Shown here in pieces: positions 1 to 9,420 of a DNA stretch of 28,482 nt (positions are counted from its first letter, which is position 1; each line of letters opens with the position of its first letter). The position numbers and the translations under genes were made by a program. The stretch comes from Deinococcus radiodurans R1 = ATCC 13939 = DSM 20539 (GTDB taxonomy: Bacteria > Deinococcota > Deinococci > Deinococcales > Deinococcaceae). The stretch is taken from the NCBI RefSeq assembly GCF_000008565.1, contig NC_001263.1, positions 1,169,084 to 1,197,565 on the forward strand. The letters run 5' to 3'. The notes beneath the pieces are model-generated. The model did not search any database, was not told the origin of the DNA, and worked only from the letters and a program-made list of their open reading frames with translations.

Positions 1-270
1 GCTGCGCTCGTCGGGCACCGGGTGCGAACCGGGCATGACCACGGCTTCCGGCGGCGCGCTGAGGTCGGCGGTTCCGGCAGGCGGCACCACCAGGGTCGGC
101 ACGCCGGGGTAGGCGGCGAGCGCTGCCCGCGCCATCGGCAGGCTCGCTTTGCCGAACGCCAGGATAAAGGCGGGAGGCGGGCCGCTCAGGTGCGGAGCGA
201 GCAGCCGCGCCGGGCTGGCCGAGTCGAGCGCCGCCCGGTACGCCTGTTCCAGCAGAGCACGCGGGTCCAT
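1..270 (-). CDS. Glycerate kinase, MOFRL/DUF4147 family (TtuD/GckA type). Only the N-terminal 90 codons are present; the gene continues past the left edge.
   Basis: It is absent from the ORF track because it runs off the window. The reverse complement from CAT 268-270 reads MDPRALLEQAYRAALDSASPARLLAPHLSGPPPAFILAFGKASLPMARAALAAYPGVPTLVVPPAGTADLSAPPEAVVMPGSHPVPDERS. The GKA..MA and GHPVPDE motifs are hallmarks of the N-terminal domain of glycerate 2-kinase/hydroxypyruvate reductase. A GGAG lies 8 nt upstream of the ATG. Confidence 0.7.
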   Translation of the reverse strand, partial: MDPRALLEQAYRAALDSASPARLLAPHLSGPPPAFILAFGKASLPMARAALAAYPGVPTLVVPPAGTADLSAPPEAVVMPGSHPVPDERS

Positions 271-275
271 TGTTC

Positions 276-434
276 CTACTCCAGTCCAGACAGCTCGGCG
301 TAGAACGGCGCCACGCCGCTGTGGTCGAGGTCGCCCTGTCCGCGCGCGATCATGGCGTCCATCCTATGGGAATATTGGCTTATGGGAATGTTGGCGGCGA
401 CGCCGGTGGCAAAGAGGGGCAGGTCCTGGTGCCG
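276..434 (-). pseudogene. C-terminal remnant of a beta-hydroxyacid dehydrogenase (tartronate semialdehyde reductase GarR/GlxR-like). The Rossmann-fold part is missing.
   Basis: The tail of minus ORF 276..593 reads RHQDLPLFATGVAANIPISQYSHRMDAMIARGQGDLDHSGVAPFYAELSGLE*. By eye it aligns with the C-terminus of E. coli GarR/GlxR (..KDL..A...LP.T.....A.G.G..DHSA...YE.L). A full enzyme needs about 290 codons, but the opposite-strand uraD starts at 535. The stop (TAG 276-278) lies 5 nt before the glycerate kinase ATG, which is operon-like spacing. Confidence 0.45.
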
Positions 435-534
435 GACCGTCGTTGCTGGGCCAAGCGGGAGGCGCCGCTGATTCCCCGGCAAATCGATTCCCAGGCAAAT
501 CACCGCCTCCGCTCTCATGCCAAGATGACCGGCG

Positions 535-1101
535 ATGACCCGCACTCCCCTGACCCTCGAACAGCTCAACGCCCTGAGCGACGACGCTTTCACCGAGCAC
601 TTCGCCGGGGTGCTCGAACACTCGCCGCACTATGCCCGCCGCGCCGCCGCCGGGCGCCCCTTTGCCGATGTCGAGGAGGTCGCCGCCGCCTTTGCCCGCG
701 CGGTGGCCGCCGACGAGCCGGGCGCCCAGGTGCAACTGATTCGCGCCCACCCCGACCTCGCCGGGAAAGCGGCGCTGGCGGGCGAACTGACTGCCGAGAG
801 CGCCAGCGAGCAGACCTCGGCAGGCCTTGACCGCCTTTCGCCGGAGGAATACGCCGAGTTTCAGCGTCTCAATGCGGCGTACCACGAGAGGTTCGGCCTG
901 CCGTATGTGGTGTGCGTGCGCGAGAACACCAAAGACACCATCTTCGAGGGAGCGCGGCGGCGCCTGACGCATACCCAGGAGGAGGAGCAGGCGGCGGCAC
1001 TGCACGAAATCGGGCGCATCGCACGGCTGCGTATCCTCGACCTCGTGCAGGAGGGGCGACAGGAGAAGAGAATGGACGGGCGCCTGATACGGATTCCGTA
1101 G
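535..1101 (+). CDS. uraD: 2-oxo-4-hydroxy-4-carboxy-5-ureidoimidazoline (OHCU) decarboxylase
   Basis: 188 aa. The N-terminus (LNALSDDAFTEHFAGVLEHSPHYA), IRAHPDLAG, and the ERFGLPYVVCVRENTK block are typical of the OHCU decarboxylase family. It sits beside uricase and HIU hydrolase. Confidence 0.85.
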   Translation: MTRTPLTLEQLNALSDDAFTEHFAGVLEHSPHYARRAAAGRPFADVEEVAAAFARAVAADEPGAQVQLIRAHPDLAGKAALAGELTAESASEQTSAGLDRLSPEEYAEFQRLNAAYHERFGLPYVVCVRENTKDTIFEGARRRLTHTQEEEQAAALHEIGRIARLRILDLVQEGRQEKRMDGRLIRIP

Positions 1102-1127
1102 GGGGCTGATACGGTTTCAAATTGAGT

Positions 1128-1152
1128 CCCGGACATGTCCGGGCGAAATTTT
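1128..1152 (+). terminator. Candidate intrinsic terminator after uraD
   Basis: A perfect 16-nt palindrome CCCGGACATGTCCGGG (1128-1143) is followed by CGAAATTTT. It lies 27 nt after the uraD stop. Confidence 0.4.
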
Positions 1153-1237
1153 GCGCGGAGCGCATGGAAAAAATACGGTTTTAAGGAGATGGACGGGCAT
1201 CCGGCGCCTTTCCGGATGTTCGGGAATCGGATTAAAA

Positions 1238-1783
1238 TTATACCCCCTGCTCCAGCCCCGCCAGCATTCGCCCCGCCAGCTCCTCCAGGGTGCGCTGCTC
1301 CTGCGCCGACAGCGGAGCAAGCACCCGCTGCGTGGTCGCCAGATGTGCGGGCAGCAGGTGCGTGACCAGGGCGCGGCCCTGCGGCGTCAGGCGAATACTC
1401 GCCGAGCGGCGGTCACGTTCGTCCTCGCGGCGCTCGATCAGGCCCTTTTCGAGCAGCCGCACGATCCGGTTGCTCGTCGAAGGCCCGGAAATGGCGGCCA
1501 GGGCGCTGAGTTCGGTGGGCCGCAGGCCCTCGGGCGGCGCCGAGCGGTAAAGCGTGAGCAGCAGGTCCCAGCCCGCCGCGTTCAGCCCCGAAGCGGCGTA
1601 GGTCCGCTCGATTTCACGCCCCAGAGCCGCGTGCAGCCGCTCGAGCAGCAGCAGGGTCAGCATCGGCCCGGCGCTGGGGGTCAGACCGTCCGAGTCTGGT
1701 CCCTGACCGTGATTGAGCCTCGCCCAGTCGCTCCGAATCCGCTCCAGAAGGGCTGCCGTGTCGTTGTCCATGCGGGCTGACAC
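1238..1783 (-). CDS. hucR: MarR-family urate-responsive repressor HucR
   Basis: 181 aa. The sequence (MSARMDNDTAALLERIRSDW...RLTPQGRALV...) matches my memory of D. radiodurans HucR. It has a winged-helix MarR core and is divergent from uricase. The start is GTG at 1783; an in-frame ATG at 1771 is an alternative. Confidence 0.9.
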   Translation of the reverse strand: MSARMDNDTAALLERIRSDWARLNHGQGPDSDGLTPSAGPMLTLLLLERLHAALGREIERTYAASGLNAAGWDLLLTLYRSAPPEGLRPTELSALAAISGPSTSNRIVRLLEKGLIERREDERDRRSASIRLTPQGRALVTHLLPAHLATTQRVLAPLSAQEQRTLEELAGRMLAGLEQGV

Positions 1784-1820
1784 CCTAACACGAGCAACAG
1801 TGCTACACTGCGGCCCTCAG

Positions 1821-1838
1821 TAGGTAGACATCTAAGTA
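1821..1838. promoter_or_regulatory. Pseudopalindromic operator in the hucR-uricase intergenic region (probable hucO)
   Basis: TAGGTAGA-CA-TCTAAGTA has 8-nt half-sites matching 6/8 as an inverted repeat, and it is the only clear dyad in the 101-nt divergent promoter region. HucR is known to bind a single dyad here. A TACACT -10-like hexamer lies at 1804-1809. Confidence 0.6.
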
Positions 1839-1884
1839 TCTGGCGGCGGCACCGGGTCGTGTCTTCGTCGGGACACGGGAGGAC

Positions 1885-2777
<893 letters not shown>

Positions 2778-2781
<4 letters not shown>

Positions 2782-3137
2782 GCGGACACCCGGGGCTGAC
2801 CACCCACGTCCTCGACACCGCGCGCGGCAAACCGGCAGCGGGCGTGCGGGTGCAGCTGTGCCGCGTGACCGGCGACACCCGCACGCCCGTCACTGAGGCG
2901 GTCACCAACAGCGATGGCCGCACCGACGCGCCCCTCATTGAGCGCGGCTCGCTCAAACAGGGCACTTATGAGCTGACCTTCCACGTCGCGGACTATTTCA
3001 AGGGCTTCGTCGCCGCTGCCGACCCGCCTTTTCTCGATGTGGTCACGCTGCGCTTCACCGTCGGTGACACCAGTGGGCACTACCATGTGCCGCTCGTCAT
3101 GACGCCCTGGTCCTACAGCACTTACCGGGGTAGCTAA
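2778..3137 (+). CDS. hiuH: 5-hydroxyisourate hydrolase (transthyretin-like)
   Basis: GTG 2778 overlaps the uricase stop (GTGA). The product LTTHVLDTARGKPAAGVRV...HYHVPLVMTPWSYSTYRGS ends in the YRGS tetrapeptide diagnostic of HIUases. The longer track ORF from 2523 overlaps uricase and is rejected. Confidence 0.9.
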
Positions 3138-3156
3138 AGGAATAGAGCGAGTAAAG

Positions 3157-3199
3157 GTCCGGGCACAGGTGAAAAACCTGCGTCCGGACTTTCTCGTTT
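3157..3199 (+). terminator. Intrinsic terminator of the uricase-hiuH transcript
   Basis: A 13-bp stem (3157-3169 with 3177-3189, one mismatch and one G-T) has a 7-nt loop and is followed by TTTCTCGTTT. Confidence 0.6.
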
Positions 3200-3201
3200 C
3201 A

Positions 3202-3230
3202 CAAAAAGCCCTTCCTAATCGGTAGGGGCC
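3202..3230 (-). terminator. Candidate intrinsic terminator of greA
   Basis: An imperfect stem GCCCTTCC/GGTAGGGC (3208-3229) is followed on the minus strand by TTTTT (complement of A 3203-3207). It lies 18 nt after the greA stop. Confidence 0.45.
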
Positions 3231-3247
3231 TTCTCAAAGCTCAGTCT

Positions 3248-3724
<477 letters not shown>

Positions 3725-3733
3725 AACCGAAGC

Positions 3734-3739
3734 AGTATA
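3734..3739 (-). promoter_or_regulatory. Candidate -10 box for greA (leaderless or very short leader)
   Basis: TATACT on the minus strand lies 9 nt upstream of the greA ATG (3724). There is no SD in between. Confidence 0.4.
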
Positions 3740-3772
3740 GAGCAGCCCTGCCCCCTCAGCGCGCCGGAGGGG

Positions 3773-4842
<1,070 letters not shown>

Positions 4843-4846
<4 letters not shown>

Positions 4847-5760
4847 GCGGGCGCAGGCACCGGCGCGGTGCTCAGCGGCATGTTGTCGATCAGCCGCACG
4901 CCGAAGAGCCGCCCCGCGATCAGCACTCGGTTCAGGGGATCGTCGCTCAGCTGGGGCACATCACGCAGGTCCGGCCCCACCACCACCAGGTAATCGAGCG
5001 CCAGCTCCGGCTCGCTCGCCAGCACGTCCAGCCCGGCTTGCCGCAGCCGCCCCGTGTCGCGCTCGCCGCCCGCGTAGGCCGCCTGCACCGCCCGCAGCGC
5101 ACGCGACAGCACGGTGGCCCGCCGTTGCTGCTCAGGCGAGAGGTAGCTGTTGCGGCTGCTCAGCGCGAGGCCCGCGTGCGCCGCTTCCTCGTCGGCGCGC
5201 ACCGTCGGCACGCCCACGATTTCGGAGCGCAGGTTGAGGTCGGCGACGAGGCGGCGCACCACCGCGAGTTGCTGCCAGTCCTTCTCGCCGAAGTACGCGC
5301 GCTCAGGCTGCACGATATTCAGCAGCTTGAGCACCACCGTCGCCACCCCGGCAAAGTGTCCGGGCCGCGCCGCCCCGTCGAGCGGTTCGCTGACCCCGCT
5401 GACCTCGACGCGGGTGCTGAAGCCTGCCGGGTACATTGCTGCCGCCTCGGGATGGAAAACGAAATCGGCCCCCGCTGCGCCCGCCAACGCGAGGTCACGG
5501 TCCAGGTCGCGCGGGTAGGTGGCGAGGTCCTCCGTCGGCCCAAACTGCATAGGGTTGACGAAGATGCTGACCACCACCACGTCGCACTCGGCACGGGCAC
5601 GGCGAATCAGCGTGGCGTGCCCTTCGTGGAGAAAGCCCATTGTCGGCACCAGCCCGACCCGGCCCCGACTTGCGAGTGCCGTCTGCACTTCCTGCGGCGT
5701 GCTCAGAATCTGGGGACGGTGTTCGGTGTCGCTGACCTCATCAGACACGGCGGCGCCCAT
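4843..5760 (-). CDS. panC: Pantoate--beta-alanine ligase
   Basis: 305 aa. It has GLVPTMGFLHEGHATLIRRAR (the HIGH-type motif of PanC), IFVNPMQFGP and YFGEKDWQQL. The exact start is uncertain; the longest ORF overlaps the upstream gene by 20 nt. Confidence 0.9.
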
Positions 5761-6112
5761 CCAGGCCCAGGGCCGACACCAGCGCGTCGAGCAGCCACGA
5801 AATGACCGTCAGCACGATGGCCCCCACGATGGCCGCGCCGAAGCCCGACACGTTCAGGACGGTGACCTGCGCGACCAGCCATAGGACTATGCCGTTGATG
5901 ACGAGGGTAAACAGCCCCAGCGTCAGCAGGTTGATCGGCAGCGAGAGCAGCAGCAGCACGGGCCGGATCAGCGCGTTGACGATCCCCATCACCAGCGCGG
6001 CGACCACGACACTGACCACGTCGGCGCCGGGCGCGAACGACACCCCGTTGTAGACCTGGGTGAGCAGGTACAGGGCCAGTGCGTTGAGCAGCAGTCTGAG
6101 GATGAATCCCAT
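5741..6112 (-). CDS. Small four-TM membrane protein, phage-holin-4_2 / DUF360 (YvlD-like) family
   Basis: 123 aa. MGFILRLLLNALALYLL...ALVMGIVNALIRPVLLLLSLPINLLTLGLFTLVINGIVLWLV is the characteristic DUF360 pattern. Confidence 0.75.
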   Translation of the reverse strand: MGFILRLLLNALALYLLTQVYNGVSFAPGADVVSVVVAALVMGIVNALIRPVLLLLSLPINLLTLGLFTLVINGIVLWLVAQVTVLNVSGFGAAIVGAIVLTVISWLLDALVSALGLDGRRRV

Positions 6113-6118
6113 GCCCAG

Positions 6119-6124
6119 AGTCTA
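6119..6124 (-). promoter_or_regulatory. Candidate -10 box, leaderless promoter of the DUF360-panC-pilT unit
   Basis: TAGACT on the minus strand lies 6 nt upstream of ATG 6112, with no SD. Confidence 0.45.
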
Positions 6125-6240
6125 GAACAGCTCTCCGATGTGCGCCGCTGTAGGAGAGATTCTTTTGCGTTTGGTCAATGTTTTTACGCTTGCAGGCCGC
6201 CGGCACATGCCCGCGCTGGGGCCGTCTGGGGGCCGGCGTT

Positions 6241-6246
6241 TATACT
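6241..6246 (+). promoter_or_regulatory. Candidate -10 box, leaderless promoter of the lipoprotein gene
   Basis: TATACT lies 7 nt upstream of ATG 6254, with no SD. Confidence 0.45.
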
Positions 6247-6253
6247 GCCCGTC

Positions 6254-6838
6254 ATGTTCTCCGCCGCCTCCTTTCGCCCGGCTGTGCTGCCCGGCCTGCT
6301 GGGCGCCGCGCTGCTCAGCGGCTGCGCCCGCACCGCCGACAACTTCACGCCCCGCATCGTCGTCAGCGGGTCCGACGGCGGCACGGTGTCCCAGAATGCC
6401 CAGGCCGCCGTGCATGGCTACGTGCTGGACGACGTGGGCGTGACGCAGATCAAGGTGAACGACCAGCCCGTGACCATCGAGGGCAGCCACAAGATCGCCA
6501 ACTTCAAGTTTCAGCCCGACGCGAAAAACGGCAAGGCGGAGTACACCATCACGGCGCGCGACGCCGCCGGGCACACCAGCAAGGAAACCGTGACCGTGGT
6601 GGTGGACACGACCCCGCCGCAGATTCAGGTCAAGTCGTTCAACCGCGTCGGCAACCTGATCCGGGTGTCGGGCGTCGCCACCGACAACACCCGCGTGGCG
6701 CAGATTCTGATTGACGGCAACCGGCTCAACATCACGCCAGGGCAAAAGGTCGAGTTCTACGCCGAAACGAGCGGCATCTACGCCGACATCACCGTGCTCG
6801 ATGTGGCCGGGAACAAGGCGACGCGCCGGGCGCAGTAA
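6254..6838 (+). CDS. Lipoprotein with two tandem Ig-like (beta-sandwich) repeats
   Basis: Starting at ATG 6254 gives MFSAASFRPAVLPGLLGAALLSGC, a signal peptide with the lipobox LLSGC. The mature part has two related segments (GYVLDDVGVTQIKVNDQPVTI...ITARDAAGH and GVATDNTRVAQILIDGNRLNI...ITVLDVAGN). The upstream extension of the track ORF (6140) is rejected. Confidence 0.7.
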   Translation: MFSAASFRPAVLPGLLGAALLSGCARTADNFTPRIVVSGSDGGTVSQNAQAAVHGYVLDDVGVTQIKVNDQPVTIEGSHKIANFKFQPDAKNGKAEYTITARDAAGHTSKETVTVVVDTTPPQIQVKSFNRVGNLIRVSGVATDNTRVAQILIDGNRLNITPGQKVEFYAETSGIYADITVLDVAGNKATRRAQ

Positions 6839-6857
6839 GTTGTCAGCTCCGTTCGGA

Positions 6858-6863
6858 TAAGCT
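6858..6863 (+). promoter_or_regulatory. Candidate -10 box, leaderless promoter of dedA
   Basis: TAAGCT lies 7 nt upstream of ATG 6871, with no SD. Confidence 0.4.
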
Positions 6864-6870
6864 GCGCCCA

Positions 6871-7473
6871 ATGGAGCACTGGATTCAAGTCATTCTGGGC
6901 TTTTCTTACCTCGGCCTCTTTCTGGTCGTGTTCGCCGAAACGGGCCTGCTGGTGGGGGCCGCGTTGCCGGGCGACAGCCTGCTGATCACGGCGGGCATCG
7001 TGGCGGCGAGCCGCAACAGCAACGTGCAGCTCGATCTGGTCTGGGTCATCCTGTCGGTCATCGCGGGCAGCATTCTGGGCAGCTTGGTCGGGTACCTGCT
7101 CGGCCAGCGCTTTGGCCCGGCCATCTTCAACCGCCAGAACTCGCGCTTCTTTAAACCCGAATACCGCGTCCAGGCCGAGGAATTCTTTGCCCGCGAAGGG
7201 CCGAAATCGGTGTTGCTCGCCCGCTTCATCCCCTTTGTGCGTGCAGTAGTGCCCACCCTGGCGGGGGTCAGCAATATGAACTTCACTTCTTTCGCGTGGT
7301 ACAGCGTGCTGGGCGCCCTGCTGTGGGGTGCGGGGCTGCCGGCCCTGGCGTACTTCGTGGGGCAGCGGGTGCCGCACCTCGACCGCTACATCCTGCTGAT
7401 CGTGGCCGTGGTGCTGGTTCTGAGCTTTATTCCGGTGGCGCTTAAGTTGTTGCAAAGTCGCCAGAAAGCCTGA
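6871..7473 (+). CDS. DedA-family (SNARE-associated/VTT domain) inner membrane protein
   Basis: 200 aa. It has FAETGLLVGAALPGDSLLITAGIVAA and ARFIPFVRAVVPTLAGVSNM, the DedA signatures. Confidence 0.85.
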   Translation: MEHWIQVILGFSYLGLFLVVFAETGLLVGAALPGDSLLITAGIVAASRNSNVQLDLVWVILSVIAGSILGSLVGYLLGQRFGPAIFNRQNSRFFKPEYRVQAEEFFAREGPKSVLLARFIPFVRAVVPTLAGVSNMNFTSFAWYSVLGALLWGAGLPALAYFVGQRVPHLDRYILLIVAVVLVLSFIPVALKLLQSRQKA

Positions 7474-8284
7474 GGGTCGCCAGGGCGTCGTCTAGCAGTC
7501 GGCGGCTGGCCGTGAAGGTGGGCGGCAGCTGGGGAAGGTCGCTGACGGTAAACCACTGCGCTTCCTCGACCTCACCGGGCTGCGGCACGATGTCGCCGCC
7601 CGCGTATTCGGCGGTAAAGGCCAGCATCAGCGAGTGCGGAAAAGGCCAGGGCTGGCTGAAGCGGTACTGCACCTGCCGGACCTTCACGCCGACTTCTTCT
7701 CCGACTTCACGGTGCACGGCCGCTTCCAGCGTTTCGGATGGTTCGACGAAGCCCGCCAGCGTGGTAAAGACGTCAGGCGCTTGCCTGGGACCACGCAGCA
7801 GCAAAAACTCGGTGTCCGGCCCTGTCCCGCGCGAAATCAGGACGATGATGGCGGGCGCGACTCTGGGATAGACCCTCAGGCCACAGCTCGGACAGCGCCG
7901 GGCACGGTCACCCTCACCGGGCCGCATAGGGGTGCCGCACGCGCCGCAAAACTGGTGGCTGCGCTGAAAGTCCACCAGTTGCACGGCCAGCCCCGCCAGC
8001 CCGAACAGCCCGTCCGGCAGCACGCCGAAGCACTGACGCAGGCCGACCAGCTGCGCTCCGGCAGGCGCTTCCCCCGTCAATGGCAAGGCAAACACTGGCC
8101 GCTCACCCAGGCGACCCAGTGCAATGACCGCCTGACCGGCGAGGCTATGGCCGCTTGGCAATTCGCCAGCGTCACTGAGCAGAAGTTTTCCCTCCCGGAC
8201 GATAAAAAAGAGGGCGTCCGGCGCGGCGGGCACCTTCAGGTCGTCCACGAAGTCGGCTGGGCGCTCTGTAGGAAAGCGGTTCAT
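7442..8284 (-). CDS. nudC: NADH pyrophosphatase NudC (Nudix hydrolase; NAD-capped RNA decapping enzyme family)
   Basis: The start is ATG 8284 (MNRFPTERPADF...), 280 aa. It has a Zn ribbon (CGACGTPMRPGEGDRARRCPSCG), the Nudix box GFVEPSETLEAAVHREVGEEVGV, and the NudC-specific SQPWPFPHSLM motif. The ATG overlaps the upstream stop (ATGA 8281-8284). The 5' extension of the track ORF to 8899 is rejected. Confidence 0.85.
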   Translation of the reverse strand: MNRFPTERPADFVDDLKVPAAPDALFFIVREGKLLLSDAGELPSGHSLAGQAVIALGRLGERPVFALPLTGEAPAGAQLVGLRQCFGVLPDGLFGLAGLAVQLVDFQRSHQFCGACGTPMRPGEGDRARRCPSCGLRVYPRVAPAIIVLISRGTGPDTEFLLLRGPRQAPDVFTTLAGFVEPSETLEAAVHREVGEEVGVKVRQVQYRFSQPWPFPHSLMLAFTAEYAGGDIVPQPGEVEEAQWFTVSDLPQLPPTFTASRRLLDDALATLRLSGDFATT

Positions 8285-9420
8285 GCTCCGTTCTCTTCCA
8301 GTCGCAGCACGTCCCCGAACGGGAAGCCCTCGTCTTCCAGCCCGCCGGGCGGCACGACCCACAGCGTCGGCGTGGCTGGGGCTTGCTCGGGAAAGTCGCC
8401 GTAGCCGTCGGTGAGGTAAATCAGCACGTCGGGTTCGTGTTGCTCCAGCAGCTCGAAGATGGGCCGGAAGTCGGTGCCCCCGCCGCCCTGGGGCGGGGGA
8501 ATCTCGTCGCCGGGGCGCAGGTCCCAGGGGCCGTAGGCTTCGGTGTCGGCGTAGTAGAGGGTCGCCCGGACGTGTGGGTACGCGCCGAGCACGCCCTGCA
8601 CTTCGCCCACCAGCGCGCGCACCGCGTCGTCGTCCACGCTGCCGGACGTGTCCACCGCAATCAGCGCTGTGAGTGTCTCGTCGTCCAAGGCTTCCAGATA
8701 GAGGCCGCGTCCCACGAAGCGCCGGTCGAAGCCGCCGAAATCTACCGGCGTGCGCGCCAGAAAGCGCCACAGTTGCGCCCGCCAGTCGAGCCGCGCCGGG
8801 GCGAGGCGCTGGAGTTCGCGGTGCATGCCGAGCGGGTCGTGGCCCTGGCCGCCGCTCATGGCCTCCACGCTGCGGGCCTGGGCCAGAGCTTGCTGCCACT
8901 CGCGGGCCACCTGCCGGCCCGGTTTGCCCTGCTTGCCGGGGGCGTCGCTCGGCGGAGCGTCGAGCAGGTCGTCGCCTTCCTCGTCGCCCTCGCCGTCTGC
9001 TTCGCCTTCGAGCGAGGTGTAGACCTCTTCCACGCTCAGCCGTTCCAGATGCTCGTCGCGGCGCGAGTTGGGCGGGGTGGGCAGCCCAGCGGCGTCCACC
9101 ATGCCGTTGACGATGAGGTCGGCGGCGCGGTTCCAGCGCTTCTTTTCACGCGGGCCGCGCCGCTCCACATGCGAGAGCGCGGCGTGCAGCACCTCGTGCA
9201 GCAGCAGGCCGTCGAGCACGTCCGGCGGCAGGCTGGCAGCGACTTCGGGGTTGAGGTAAACGCGCTCGCCGTCGGTGCCGGCGGCCATCACTTCTCGTGA
9301 GGGAACGATCTCGGCATAGAGCAATAGCGTGGCAAAAAACGCCGACTTGCCGCGCAATCGCAGCCGCGAGCCGGAGACGAGACGTTGGAACTCGGGGGTC
9401 ACCCGAACGGGATCGGTCAT
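8281..9420 (-). CDS. Fusion of a putative zincin metallopeptidase domain (HExxH) and a VWA-like domain (DUF2201-type MoxR partner)
   Basis: 379 aa. It has the N-terminal LLLHEVLHAALSH...NRAADLIVN, an acidic linker (EGEADGEGDEEGDD), and a C-terminal VWA with the MIDAS motif LIAVDTSGSVDD. Its ATG overlaps the upstream stop (ATGA 9417-9420). Confidence 0.8.
   Translation of the reverse strand: MTDPVRVTPEFQRLVSGSRLRLRGKSAFFATLLLYAEIVPSREVMAAGTDGERVYLNPEVAASLPPDVLDGLLLHEVLHAALSHVERRGPREKKRWNRAADLIVNGMVDAAGLPTPPNSRRDEHLERLSVEEVYTSLEGEADGEGDEEGDDLLDAPPSDAPGKQGKPGRQVAREWQQALAQARSVEAMSGGQGHDPLGMHRELQRLAPARLDWRAQLWRFLARTPVDFGGFDRRFVGRGLYLEALDDETLTALIAVDTSGSVDDDAVRALVGEVQGVLGAYPHVRATLYYADTEAYGPWDLRPGDEIPPPQGGGGTDFRPIFELLEQHEPDVLIYLTDGYGDFPEQAPATPTLWVVPPGGLEDEGFPFGDVLRLEENGA

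Noticed and set aside
364-1005. A 213-aa minus ORF considered as the missing N-terminus of the garR-like dehydrogenase.
   Set aside because: It is antisense to uraD, has no Rossmann GxGxxG motif, has low-complexity composition, and is in a different frame from the C-terminal remnant.
6140-6253. Longer N-termini for several track ORFs: 6140 for the lipoprotein, 12348 for aroE, 19792 for the PLD gene, 21401 for the second lipoprotein, 25758 for the TerC gene, and 18499 for the small gene.
   Set aside because: In each case a downstream start gives a proper signal peptide, lipobox or family N-terminus. That start is also preceded by a -10 hexamer or SD, whereas the extensions are compositionally atypical and overlap neighbouring genes or promoters.
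8285-8899. A 5' extension of the nudC ORF, giving the 485-aa version in the track.
   Set aside because: The extension lies entirely inside the VWA gene in another frame and is Arg/Pro/Ala/Gly-rich. NudC homology begins at MNRFPTE (ATG 8284), which also forms an ATGA overlap with the upstream stop.
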